Shown here one piece after another: positions 9,940 through 19,073 of a stretch of DNA of 64,000 nt. The stretch's first letter is position 1. The number at the start of each line of letters is the position of its first letter. The DNA is taken from the NCBI GenBank assembly GCA_024278455.1, contig JAJRTE010000237.1, positions 2,955 through 66,954 of the forward strand, written 5' to 3'. The DNA comes from Myxococcota bacterium (GTDB taxonomy: Bacteria; Myxococcota_A; UBA796; JAJRTE01). The notes below the pieces were generated by a model, which worked only from the letters and a program-made list of their open reading frames with translations, searched no databases and was not told where the DNA came from. A program made the position numbers and the translations under genes.

Positions 9940-11678
9940 TGGGTCGGCTCGGTTTCTCCGGCGGCCACGTACACCGGAGCGATGTCAACAGGAATACCCG
10001 CGATCCTCTCGATGGTCGCCCCGATCTCGGGCGTCGCCTTGCCGTAGCCGGCAATGAGTTTCGCGGCTCGAGCATAGTCGCCCGTCGCTTCGATCATGAG
10101 CAGCTCTCGCGCCAGGGATTCCACCGCGCCCGGCATCTTTTCGACGTCCACCCGGTAGCGCCCCTCCCCTACGGGCACGATGGCCCCCTTCTCACGGTAC
10201 CAGTTCCACTGAATGGCAACACCACCTCCGTGCGCCTCGGTCAGACCGAATCGCATGCTCCGGAACATCATGCCCGCGTCCGTCACGAAGAGGTGCTCCG
10301 GTGTGAATGACCCGACCAGGCCCCGATCCATCGCGAACAGGAGGTTCCAGACGCCGAGAACATCGGCCTTGCACTCTTCGATCGTGGAGTAGAGTTCCTT
10401 GAGAAGGATCCGGCTTTCGACACGCGTGCCGTCCGGCTGAGCGATCATGCCGGGGCCGAGCCCATGAGACAACTCGTGGAACAAGATGTGGGTGAAAAAA
10501 GCCTCGAACGACAAGAACGCCTGCTGGTCCGAATCCACTACGAGCTTGGCAATGGGCAGTCCCACCTGGTAGTACTTGGCTTCCATGACGTTCTTCAGCA
10601 ACACCTTCTTGGACCCCTTCGCTTCCCGGACCCGTTCGTCATTGGGCAGGTTGAACGCAGCGGTCTGGACACCGTGGCGAGCGTCTCCGGCCGTGTAGAT
10701 TACCTGGACCACCTTGATCGGAGACTCGGTTCCCCGATCCAGGTTCTTGTGTTCGTCCGGCATTGGCAAGTTCCGTTCCATCTCCGGCAGGTAGTCGCCG
10801 AGTGTCTTCAACTCCTCGCTGGCTTCCCGATCGACGACGGTAACGAACGCCTCGAAGGCTGCCTTGTAGTTGAACAACCTGTCCTGGTATACTTCGTAGG
10901 GTCCAATCACCACCTCGATGGCGGAGTCCAGGTCCATCCATGCCAGGTCGCTCTCGTAGTAGTCGTCGGAGAGGAATGCCGCGGCCCGCTTCTCGAGATA
11001 GGTCCGGAGAGATCCGTTGCCGGCGAGCGCTGCCGCTTCCCGGAGCGCGGCGGCCGCTGCCTCGAGGTCTTCGGCATAGTAGGTGGAGTAGGGAATCGCC
11101 ATCAACCTGTCGCCGTCTCGCCGCACCACGGTAAACAACCCGCACAGACTGTCCTTGTCCCCGGGATGGACCTCGAGCCACTGTTCGAGCGCTTCCCGTG
11201 TCAAGTCGGGTGGATAGAAGCCCGAACCGAGCGGGAGGGCTCCCTGCTCGCCGAACGGGGCGACAAAAGGCTCGAAATCCCGGAGCGAGTCCCACCTTCC
11301 CTTCATGATGTCGAACAGCTCGAGCGCCCGGGCATATTCGGGCGAAGTCTCCGCCAGCGACACGAGCTTCTCACGGGTGGCGGGGTTTTCTTCCGATACC
11401 TGCCGGAGGTATATCGCATCGATGTGCCGGGCCGCCTCGATCAGCTTCTCCACGACGGCCTTGTCCTGCTCCGCCAGGAGCGACCGGTCATAGTCGATCA
11501 CGGTGTAGGGCAGCCTGTCCAGTCGTTGGGGAATGTCGGGAGCGAGAGCCAGGGGAGCTTCGTGCTCCTGGTCCGGTAAACGCTGGGTGGCTTCTGGGTT
11601 CGAGGCGACCGTGCGGCACCCGGCGGGAGCCGACAGCGACAGCGCAATGGCCAGTGCGAGATGGTGAAACGATTTCAT
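9936..11678 (-). CDS. Peptidase M49 (dipeptidyl peptidase III-like) lipoprotein
   Basis: IGPYEVYQD, FNLPNDERV, HELSHGLG, IEECKAD; lipobox-like PAG-C; GGAGG RBS. Confidence 0.85.
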   Translation of the reverse strand: MKSFHHLALAIALSLSAPAGCRTVASNPEATQRLPDQEHEAPLALAPDIPQRLDRLPYTVIDYDRSLLAEQDKAVVEKLIEAARHIDAIYLRQVSEENPATREKLVSLAETSPEYARALELFDIMKGRWDSLRDFEPFVAPFGEQGALPLGSGFYPPDLTREALEQWLEVHPGDKDSLCGLFTVVRRDGDRLMAIPYSTYYAEDLEAAAAALREAAALAGNGSLRTYLEKRAAAFLSDDYYESDLAWMDLDSAIEVVIGPYEVYQDRLFNYKAAFEAFVTVVDREASEELKTLGDYLPEMERNLPMPDEHKNLDRGTESPIKVVQVIYTAGDARHGVQTAAFNLPNDERVREAKGSKKVLLKNVMEAKYYQVGLPIAKLVVDSDQQAFLSFEAFFTHILFHELSHGLGPGMIAQPDGTRVESRILLKELYSTIEECKADVLGVWNLLFAMDRGLVGSFTPEHLFVTDAGMMFRSMRFGLTEAHGGGVAIQWNWYREKGAIVPVGEGRYRVDVEKMPGAVESLARELLMIEATGDYARAAKLIAGYGKATPEIGATIERIAGIPVDIAPVYVAAGETEPTH

Positions 11679-11911
11679 CCTTCCTCCTCGAGTCATGATG
11701 GTGGGAGATGCATCCCTGGCAAGGCGGGATGACTATAGCCCAGGCGCTCCCCGGGCGCAACGAGGGCTCGGCTTGCCGCGCCTGTTTGGAGGGCCGGCAT
11801 GCTGCCGGGTGGTCAGTACGGGGTCGAGCGAGCGTGGGAACAGAGGCCTTGTTCGCGTGTCAGCGGCAGGACGAAAGGTTTCGGGACGGCGCTGGTGCCG
11901 CTCGAGCGTTT

Positions 11912-12583
11912 CTAGTTGCAGGAATGCAGGCCGTAGGCCTCGGCAGTATCGCGCCAGGCGTCGATGGGGAACGTGCCCGCGTCGGCATCGGATTCGGGCA
12001 CCGTGTACTCACGGTTGGACACCTCGAACAGGCCCTCGGTATCGTCCTCGAAGTTCGTGCAACCGTTCCAGTCGGGGTCCTGGTCGTTCATGTAGTCCTT
12101 CTCGCCTTCGGCCCAGGCGTCGTCCGGGTTGCTCGTTGTTTTGGCGAACTTGAAGATTATACCTGCCCCGGCGGGGAGTTCCAGCGTGATGCTGTAGGTG
12201 CCGTCTCCGTTGTCGGTCATGGCCATCGCCGGGTCGTTCGGGTCCCAGCCGTTCATGTCCCCCACGATGAAGACCTGCTCGCCCTCCTTGACCTCGTTCA
12301 GGTTGGTATCAGGGTTGTTGTCCGCATCGATGTTGAGGTCTACGGTGAAGGTGACATTGACCATGACCGGTTCCGGAGTCGGGGTGGGGGGCGGAGGCTC
12401 CGGAGTCGGGGTTGCGGGAACCGCGGTCGGGGAGGCTTCAGGGGTCGGTGTTTCAACGGTCGGCGTTGGCGATGTCTCCTCCCCCTCGTCACTGGAACAG
12501 CCGGCGATCAGGGTGACGCCCAGGGCCAGGGACAGGGCCGCCAGCAAGCTCAGCCATGAATAGTTCTTCAACAAGTCTCTCAT
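11912..12583 (-). CDS. Lipoprotein with Thr/Pro linker and CBM20/CBM48-like carbohydrate-binding domain
   Basis: LIAG-C lipobox; TPTP-rich linker; VTFTVD...VFIVGDMNGWDP...MTDNGDGTYSITLEL..FKF. Confidence 0.75.
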   Translation of the reverse strand: MRDLLKNYSWLSLLAALSLALGVTLIAGCSSDEGEETSPTPTVETPTPEASPTAVPATPTPEPPPPTPTPEPVMVNVTFTVDLNIDADNNPDTNLNEVKEGEQVFIVGDMNGWDPNDPAMAMTDNGDGTYSITLELPAGAGIIFKFAKTTSNPDDAWAEGEKDYMNDQDPDWNGCTNFEDDTEGLFEVSNREYTVPESDADAGTFPIDAWRDTAEAYGLHSCN

Positions 12584-12683
12584 TACGCTCCTCCTTTGAT
12601 ACATGGGTCACAATGATACCCATCTCGACGTTCATGTAGCCCTTTTTCTACTACCCGGTGATTCGGGACCTCGTTCAATACGG

Positions 12684-12705
12684 GGCAATCATAAGCCAGA
12701 TTGCC
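12684..12705. promoter_or_regulatory. Inverted repeat (operator or hairpin) in an AT-rich intergenic gap
   Basis: GGCAATC-8nt-GATTGCC. Confidence 0.35.
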
Positions 12706-12733
12706 ATTCAGCACAATAGACTATTTCAAGAAA

Positions 12734-14284
12734 TCACTCCGGGGCGACAACAATGGCACCCTGGTCCGCACCGCCGCACAGGCCGGCGGTGGCTCGGGTC
12801 ACCAGGGGGTGGCGGAGCCATTGGTCGTAGGTGCACTGGCCGGCGAGTTCCACGAGGTCGTTTTCCTCGTCCACGACCGACACCGAGAGCGGATGCTCCT
12901 GGGCTTCGGGGATGCCGTCGCCGTTCAGGTCCGTGTCCCATGTGATCGTGCCATTGCACCCCTCGAAAGACGAATGACAGTTGTTCTTGTCCTTGTTGGT
13001 GGTCTCGTTGGTGACGTAGTCGTCCCGCCACACGATGCCATCCCCGTTGAGATCGACGATCTCCAGAATGCGCTGATTGCCGGGCCATTCCTCGGTGCTC
13101 GTCCAGTTCTGCCCATAGGAGCCATAGGTGTACTTGTACCCGATACGCAACCCCTCCGGAAAGAGAAACACGATGGTGTAGATGCCATCCTCGGGAACGA
13201 TATCGCCATGGGTCCCGTCATCGTACATCGGGATGGTGTTGGGCGTCCAGTCGCCCATCATGGCATCGAACGCCACGTCCTGGATAGGCGAATCTTCATG
13301 CGTCCCCCCGGTGAAGTAGAGGCTGTCGCCTTCGTCGCAGTTGATCCACTGACCCGAGCAGGCGTTCTCGGCCTGGATACAGGTTCCATCCTCCATGTGC
13401 GCGGTGAACACGGTCACCAGGTAGGGATGGGTCCCGCCTTCGCTGTCGGTGTAGACGTCGAGAGGCACGCCGGTCAGGATCGCCTGTTGCTGCTGGCCGG
13501 CCAGGGCGATGGCGGCTTCGTCGAACAGGGCCGGATCGGTGTCGGGGCTGCCGTCCGCGTCGAAATCCACCGCAACGCTGGCGAGAAAATCGCTCTGCAA
13601 CAGGTGTGGCCCGGTGGAAACCAGGGGAAACATCGCCGGCCCTTCCACGGTCTCGTCGCCGGCAGCCACTACGGCGGAGACCATCGAAGCAAACGCCGCG
13701 ACGTCGCTCGCCGGGTCCTCGAGTGCCTCGAGCAGGTTGTCCGCGGCAAGGGCCAGTTCATCGGTGCTGAACGTCTGGAGCATGTAGGAGTAGGGGGCGA
13801 CCGCCGGGTTGTCGATACTATCTCCCCGGAATGCCCCCAGGGCGTCGATGACCAGGGCCACGGCCGTGGAATCGGCGTCCATCTCGAGGAGCACCCCGGT
13901 ATCCAGGTCGTCCTGGGTGAGGCACGCGACGACCGCCTTGAGCACGATGTTGCCGGCGGTTGCGGTGATGCGCAGGGTCCCGCTGGTGAGTTGCGTCGCA
14001 TCTTCGGCGGTCAGCAGATAGGCGCCCGGCGTCGCTGTCGCGGCCTGGGTCACCGGAATCTCCTCGCCGTACGCGTCGTAGAGATGGAACACCGGTTCCA
14101 CCGTGAACGTGCCTGTGGCCGTGACGGTGATGGCTCCGGGCACCGACACCACTGGCGGCGCGGTCGGGGTCGGAGTCGGATCCTTGTTGAGCGCGTCCAC
14201 CAGCCCGGCTTCGAACAGACAGCCGCCGGCGCCGGTTGCGAAGCACAACGAGCCAAGTCCCATGATCAGTGCGTGGCGTCTCAT
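12734..14284 (-). CDS. Lipoprotein with choice-of-anchor-X-like Ig/CBM domain and DxDxDG motifs
   Basis: GAGG-C lipobox; PTPTPT linker; MYDDGTHGD..EDGIYT motif; DFDADG and two DLNGDG. Confidence 0.7.
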   Translation of the reverse strand: MRRHALIMGLGSLCFATGAGGCLFEAGLVDALNKDPTPTPTAPPVVSVPGAITVTATGTFTVEPVFHLYDAYGEEIPVTQAATATPGAYLLTAEDATQLTSGTLRITATAGNIVLKAVVACLTQDDLDTGVLLEMDADSTAVALVIDALGAFRGDSIDNPAVAPYSYMLQTFSTDELALAADNLLEALEDPASDVAAFASMVSAVVAAGDETVEGPAMFPLVSTGPHLLQSDFLASVAVDFDADGSPDTDPALFDEAAIALAGQQQQAILTGVPLDVYTDSEGGTHPYLVTVFTAHMEDGTCIQAENACSGQWINCDEGDSLYFTGGTHEDSPIQDVAFDAMMGDWTPNTIPMYDDGTHGDIVPEDGIYTIVFLFPEGLRIGYKYTYGSYGQNWTSTEEWPGNQRILEIVDLNGDGIVWRDDYVTNETTNKDKNNCHSSFEGCNGTITWDTDLNGDGIPEAQEHPLSVSVVDEENDLVELAGQCTYDQWLRHPLVTRATAGLCGGADQGAIVVAPE

Positions 14285-14322
14285 CGTCTTGCTCCTTCTC
14301 CCGGCTACAGGTCGCCCTCATG

Positions 14323-16335
14323 CTACCACGAGGTTTCGAAGGTGGCCTTGGTTCGAATCCGGTTCCAGCCGTGATACGCGGCGGTGTTGGTGAGGGGGTG
14401 GGGGATCAGGTCGCCGAACGTGAATTCGGGGAGTTCGCCCCAGTCGCCCCGCTCCTGGTCCTTGACCAACCACTCGGCGAGGTAGGTGAACTTCACGCCG
14501 CCGAAGTTGTATTCGAACCCCACGTAAAGCCTGTTTTTTCGGGTGAGATACTCGTAATAGCCGTTCGCCAGGCTCGCGGTCAGGGGCGAGCGGTCCTTCT
14601 CCCGCCAGTAGTTGATCTCGTCGCCGAGGAATCCGGTCAGTTCGTCTGTCAACTGGTACCCGGTCCGGACGTCGAGCTGGTAGATATCGCCGGCATAGTC
14701 ATCGTTGGCCAAGGTGACATCGCGCAGGTCGCGGTCCCGGATGAACTTGGCCTTGGTGTTCCACTCGATTCCGCGGCCCACATCGATCAAGGTGTTGAAC
14801 CACAGTGCCATGATCTGGGTTCTCCGGTCCTGGTTCTCCTGGTAGACGGCCCGGAAATCACGGCCACGATCTCCCACGTTGGCGTAGTCGTAGAAGTCGG
14901 TGTCCGTGAAGCCGTCCGGGTAGAGAAACCCCGGGTAGACGTGATCGATGTCCCTCCCCTGCATGTTCGTGTTGTAGGTCAGGTAGGTGAATTCCCCCTT
15001 CAGCTCGCTCATCCCCAGAAACTGGCTGGCCACCAGGGTGACGCCGTTCCATCCGATGCAGGATTCGAACCAGGGTTCGTCGAAATCATGGAATTCATTT
15101 GCGATGTTCAGGGTGGGCAACTGGCCGCCGGAGACGAATCCGTCGGTGAGCAGGACGTCGGCCTCGCGGCGGGCACCCAGGATGGCGTTGTAGTGTTGGC
15201 CGATGTTGAAGTATTCGGCGGTCAGGCTGAGTCCGACGCCGAACGGATCGGTCACGTCGGCCTTGAAGATCCCGGCCAGACCCCGAACCGGCAGCAGGTT
15301 CCCGTCCGCACCGGTCTCGCCCCACACCACGGGGAAGAAGCCCTGGAAGTTCTCCACGCCGTTGGTAGCATACATCGGGTTGATGAGAGACCAGGACCAG
15401 GCGCCGATCCCGTACAGCCGTACAAAATCGATGTTGGCGTTTGCCTCGAGCGTGCCGTTGGCCATTCTGAATCGGGGGGCGGTGTCCACGGCGTAGTCCG
15501 ATACGCCGTCCGGGACCAGGGTGTTGGGTGCGTCCGGGTCGTAGAGGTTGAACTCGCGGTCGATGAGATAGGACCCGATGGCGGTCACCCGGAGTTCATC
15601 GATGGGACGACTCGTCAACTTCAAGCCGTAGGCCCAGTCCTGGGTGATGAAAGGATTGTCCAAGGCCGGGTCGCCGTTGCCGAGATTCCAGCCAATGCTG
15701 CCCCACTCCTTGGACGGCGCGGTCACGACAGCCACGTACTTCACAGGTACTGCGTCGAATCCACCCCACACGAAAAAGCCTCGAGCGTTGTCCCGGTCGA
15801 TATAGCGCACCTTGCCTATGGTCCAAGCGTTGAACATGCCAAGGTCGCTCGAGCCGGCACGGATGACCTGGACCGTGCGGATCGGAGGGTCCCGCACCTC
15901 GATCCAGAAGCCTCGAAGCTTCATGTACGAAGCGTGGTTCATGCCGAGGCTCTCCCCGGACGTATCCCCCGGAAAAGGTACGGGACTCCCCGTTTCCGTC
16001 AGCTTGAGGTCGCCGTTCTCCCACCAGTCGTGCCAGTCGGCTCCCCAGCGGCTCTTGAGCCGCGCCCCGGCGGTGACGTGGTCGCTGACTCGAGCCCGGA
16101 TTCCCAACTCGAACTCGCTGGCCTGACCGTTCGACCCGGTGAAGTTGTCCTTCCAGAATGGGTGGCCCAGCCACTGGGAACCCTGGCTGTCATCGTTGGC
16201 ATACAGGATCTTGGTATAGATCTTGCCATCCAACTCGAAATTGGCTATGTCCGCGTTCACGTTCCGTGGGCAGCAAAGAACAAGGACCAAGAGCAAGGCG
16301 CCGAACGGTCGCCACGTCCAGGGGTGATGTTTCAT
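14323..16335 (-). CDS. Putative outer-membrane beta-barrel (porin-like) protein
   Basis: Signal peptide (VNA-D); many alternating amphipathic strands rich in W/Y/F; C-terminal RTKATFETSW. Confidence 0.65.
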   Translation of the reverse strand: MKHHPWTWRPFGALLLVLVLCCPRNVNADIANFELDGKIYTKILYANDDSQGSQWLGHPFWKDNFTGSNGQASEFELGIRARVSDHVTAGARLKSRWGADWHDWWENGDLKLTETGSPVPFPGDTSGESLGMNHASYMKLRGFWIEVRDPPIRTVQVIRAGSSDLGMFNAWTIGKVRYIDRDNARGFFVWGGFDAVPVKYVAVVTAPSKEWGSIGWNLGNGDPALDNPFITQDWAYGLKLTSRPIDELRVTAIGSYLIDREFNLYDPDAPNTLVPDGVSDYAVDTAPRFRMANGTLEANANIDFVRLYGIGAWSWSLINPMYATNGVENFQGFFPVVWGETGADGNLLPVRGLAGIFKADVTDPFGVGLSLTAEYFNIGQHYNAILGARREADVLLTDGFVSGGQLPTLNIANEFHDFDEPWFESCIGWNGVTLVASQFLGMSELKGEFTYLTYNTNMQGRDIDHVYPGFLYPDGFTDTDFYDYANVGDRGRDFRAVYQENQDRRTQIMALWFNTLIDVGRGIEWNTKAKFIRDRDLRDVTLANDDYAGDIYQLDVRTGYQLTDELTGFLGDEINYWREKDRSPLTASLANGYYEYLTRKNRLYVGFEYNFGGVKFTYLAEWLVKDQERGDWGELPEFTFGDLIPHPLTNTAAYHGWNRIRTKATFETSW

Positions 16336-16422
16336 TTTGAGTCCCCAATCCCCATGGCTGTTGGGGTCCGGAAGCGTACGTCCCGGGAACCGGTAGCAGG
16401 CAACGCCTTCTGTCGGGCTACA

Positions 16423-16451
16423 ACGCTAGGGTATTCAACGGGTTTTGTCAA
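16423..16451 (-). promoter_or_regulatory. sigma70-type promoter for the barrel/lipoprotein genes
   Basis: Minus strand TTGACA (16451-16446), 17 nt, TAGCGT (16428-16423). Confidence 0.65.
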
Positions 16452-16617
16452 GACCAATCCGCCGCCCCGCACGGGCCCGGCAAACCGCGCCCAGCCGGTC
16501 CGAAGCACGAGCCGGCGCCCCACGTCCCCGCCGGGCGCCGGGCCTGTCGAGCAGGTGGCTTCAGCGCTGCGCGGGCGCCGGCGCGTGAACGGCACAATGG
16601 CTCTCCGCACAAAACCC

Positions 16618-16646
16618 TTGGACGCGGCAGGTGCCCGTGATATGCT
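16618..16646 (+). promoter_or_regulatory. sigma70-type promoter with extended -10
   Basis: TTGGAC-17nt-TATGCT with TG at the extended -10 position; about 60 nt upstream of ATG 16707. Confidence 0.55.
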
Positions 16647-16706
16647 CGACGCGGGCTTCGAAAAGGCCATTCGTGACAATCCCGATTTTCCAGGAAACAA
16701 CGTGAC

Positions 16707-18020
16707 ATGGGCAGAAAGCGCAGGGATACCAGGTCCGCCAGGTTCGTCACACGCACCCTCATGGACATTCTCGCCGGCAAGACGTCCCTCGGTGACCGTC
16801 GAGCCGATCTCGAGCGCCACGGCTGCCCCGTGGATGAGGCTGCCGAAAACCTTCTGCGGAGGCTGACATCGCTTCTCCACGCGCCCGACGCGGCACTCGT
16901 GAACGCCCTGGAACAGGCTCCGCCCCTGATCGTCGAATCCGTCATCGGGCTCCTGTGCCGGCGCAAACAGGTCTCGGCACTGGCGATGCTCAAGGGGCAC
17001 CTTTCGAGCCGCCCGCTCGAGAAGGCACTGGCCAAGGCGCTGTACCAGCTCTCGAGCCAGGGTATCACCGCCGCGGAAGAGGTGCTGGAACCGGCACGAG
17101 AACGGCGTCCTGCCCTCACACCCAGGAGCACCGAAGACCCGGAGGCCTGGGTGACACCACGGTATGAAGAGGGCGTGTTCGCCATGAGCTTGTTCCTGCC
17201 CTTCCCGGGAAAGGCCACGATGTGCGTTGCCACCATTGCCGATCGGCAGGGTGTCACCGAAATTCGGTTCGATGACGAAACGGCACGGGCAATGCGCCGC
17301 CAACTCAAGGCCCGCACGGACGAAGATGGGCGGCCCATCGTGGTGCACCCCATACCGGTCTCGCATGCCTTGTTCCTCATCGACGAGGCTGCGGCAACGA
17401 ACAAGATCAAGGGCATACCGTTGCCGTTCGGCGTCGAACGGGTGCGCCGGGACGTGAAACACCATTGGAACATCGAGCCGCAGCAGGCAAGGCTGGAGAG
17501 GCGGGAGGGGATAGAACCGATCACCGGCCACAGCGTGGGCGCTCTGGGCCCGCTCCTGTCGCAGCCACCGGTGCTCTCCTGGACAATCGATGCCGGGCAC
17601 CTCGTTCCCGTCGTACAAGAAATCTTCGAAGACGCCGATTCTCCCATCATTGTCGACGACCAGGTCAAGAAAGCGAGGAGAGATCGCGCCATCGACGCCG
17701 CGGTGGAAGCCTACTACACGCCAGAACGGCGCCATCGATATGCTCGCCGTCTCGAGGAACTCGCGCTGGCGCTCGACGCCGACGGGAAACGAGACATCGC
17801 CGAACTGGCCTGGGGATGTGCGTTGGCCCTGGCCCAGGCGGACACACCACCGACGGCCATCCCGTTCGCATTGTACCATTATCAGATCAACCTCCTGACC
17901 ATCGTGAACGCCGTCATGTCCGAAGTCCAGCAAGGAGCGGATAGGGGAATCGAGGAGGCGGGCGAGAGGTTCGACGTTCCCCCGGAAAAGCCGGATGGGC
18001 CGAGGATCATCGTGCCATGA
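16707..18020 (+). CDS. Hypothetical cytoplasmic protein
   Basis: 437-aa ORF with host-like codon usage and its own promoter; ATGA overlap with next gene; no recognised motif. Confidence 0.7.
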   Translation: MGRKRRDTRSARFVTRTLMDILAGKTSLGDRRADLERHGCPVDEAAENLLRRLTSLLHAPDAALVNALEQAPPLIVESVIGLLCRRKQVSALAMLKGHLSSRPLEKALAKALYQLSSQGITAAEEVLEPARERRPALTPRSTEDPEAWVTPRYEEGVFAMSLFLPFPGKATMCVATIADRQGVTEIRFDDETARAMRRQLKARTDEDGRPIVVHPIPVSHALFLIDEAAATNKIKGIPLPFGVERVRRDVKHHWNIEPQQARLERREGIEPITGHSVGALGPLLSQPPVLSWTIDAGHLVPVVQEIFEDADSPIIVDDQVKKARRDRAIDAAVEAYYTPERRHRYARRLEELALALDADGKRDIAELAWGCALALAQADTPPTAIPFALYHYQINLLTIVNAVMSEVQQGADRGIEEAGERFDVPPEKPDGPRIIVP

Positions 18021-18940
18021 GTATCTCTACCCTCCCCTCCCGGCGTTCAACGCCGGGCGTCATCGCGATGCACCTCCTGCTGCTGCCGGCCATGGCGTCC
18101 GTTTCGTCCCTGGAAGCGGGTCAGAATGAGCGAGAGGAGCCGACGCTCTGTTTCGAGGAAGTCGGTGGAAACCTGGTGTCGGTCCCCTGCCCGTCGGCAC
18201 AGGCCCCGGCGACATCTTCCCCTGGATCTCGAGCCGGCGTGCCCGCCATGGAAAGCCCGGCTGGCGCGCCAAGAGGCCCGGCCACTCGAGACGTGGTGGC
18301 CCGCATCGCTGGTCCCGGCGATGAATCGGCTGCCCTCGATCTGTTCGAGTCCCTGGTCGCTCAAGGGGCGGACATCGTGCCGGCCCTCGTCACCGTGTTT
18401 CACGATGGGAAATCTCCCTATGAACAGCGCTGGGTCGCGGGGCGCGCTCTCGGCAGGATTCCCTGCGAGGCCTCCCTGAACGCCTTGACAAGGGGGCTCT
18501 CCGACAAGGCATCACTCGTGCGCATGGCCGCTGCGGCCGGCCTCAAGGACCTGGGCTCGCGTTCCGCCGTTCCCTTCCTCGTGGACGCGCTCGACGACGA
18601 GGCAGCGATGGTGCGCGCGGCAGTGCTCGACGCCATCGGCGAACTGGGTACACAACGAGAAGTCCAGGTGGTCGCGCAAGAACTCACGTCGCCGCACAAC
18701 TTCGTCAAGGGAAACGGTATCTTCGTGCGGGCACATGCCGTGCGGGCGCTGCAAAACCTGGGTGACACCAGCGCCGTGCCGGCCTTGATATCCGTGGCGG
18801 ACGACCCGGACCCGGCGACTCGAGAGGCGGCTCGAGACGCCTTGCTGAAACTGACCGGTCGGACGACCGTGCCGCCGGGCGAGGGGACCGTGGGGGAACG
18901 CTGGCGCCGGTGGTGGGAAGTGCAGGGCCACGAGAAGTAG
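18017..18940 (+). CDS. HEAT/PBS-lyase repeat protein, possibly exported
   Basis: Repeats VRMAAAAGL, VRAAVLDAIGELG, VRAHAVRALQNLG, TREAARDAL. Confidence 0.8.
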   Translation: MSISTLPSRRSTPGVIAMHLLLLPAMASVSSLEAGQNEREEPTLCFEEVGGNLVSVPCPSAQAPATSSPGSRAGVPAMESPAGAPRGPATRDVVARIAGPGDESAALDLFESLVAQGADIVPALVTVFHDGKSPYEQRWVAGRALGRIPCEASLNALTRGLSDKASLVRMAAAAGLKDLGSRSAVPFLVDALDDEAAMVRAAVLDAIGELGTQREVQVVAQELTSPHNFVKGNGIFVRAHAVRALQNLGDTSAVPALISVADDPDPATREAARDALLKLTGRTTVPPGEGTVGERWRRWWEVQGHEK

Positions 18941-18980
18941 CCTGAAGTTCCCCTGGCCCCCGGGCAAGCTTTCCCCGTAG

Positions 18981-19052
18981 TACCGGGCCAAACTGGCCAT
19001 TCCGCCCACTGCGGTCTTGCCTACACCCTGATACCGGCCAGCAACTCCAGCG
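18981..19052. repeat. 72-bp imperfect direct repeat, left copy
   Basis: Ungapped match to 24863-24934 at 61/72 nt. Confidence 0.9.
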
Positions 19053-19073
19053 TTTTCTCAAGCCGTGAATCTT

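Noticed and set aside
12361-12480. Repetitive GGGGT(C/G)GG-like DNA in the lipoprotein gene
   Set aside because: Explained by the encoded Thr-Pro linker
14269-16866. 865-aa plus-strand ORF
   Set aside because: Antisense shadow of the barrel gene caused by high-GC codon bias
18981-19052. Direct repeat as attC, tRNA fragment or Walker A remnant (minus frame reads GRYQGVGKT)
   Set aside because: No attC core sites or cloverleaf; that frame has a stop just upstream in the left copy and the G-x4-GKT spacing is wrong
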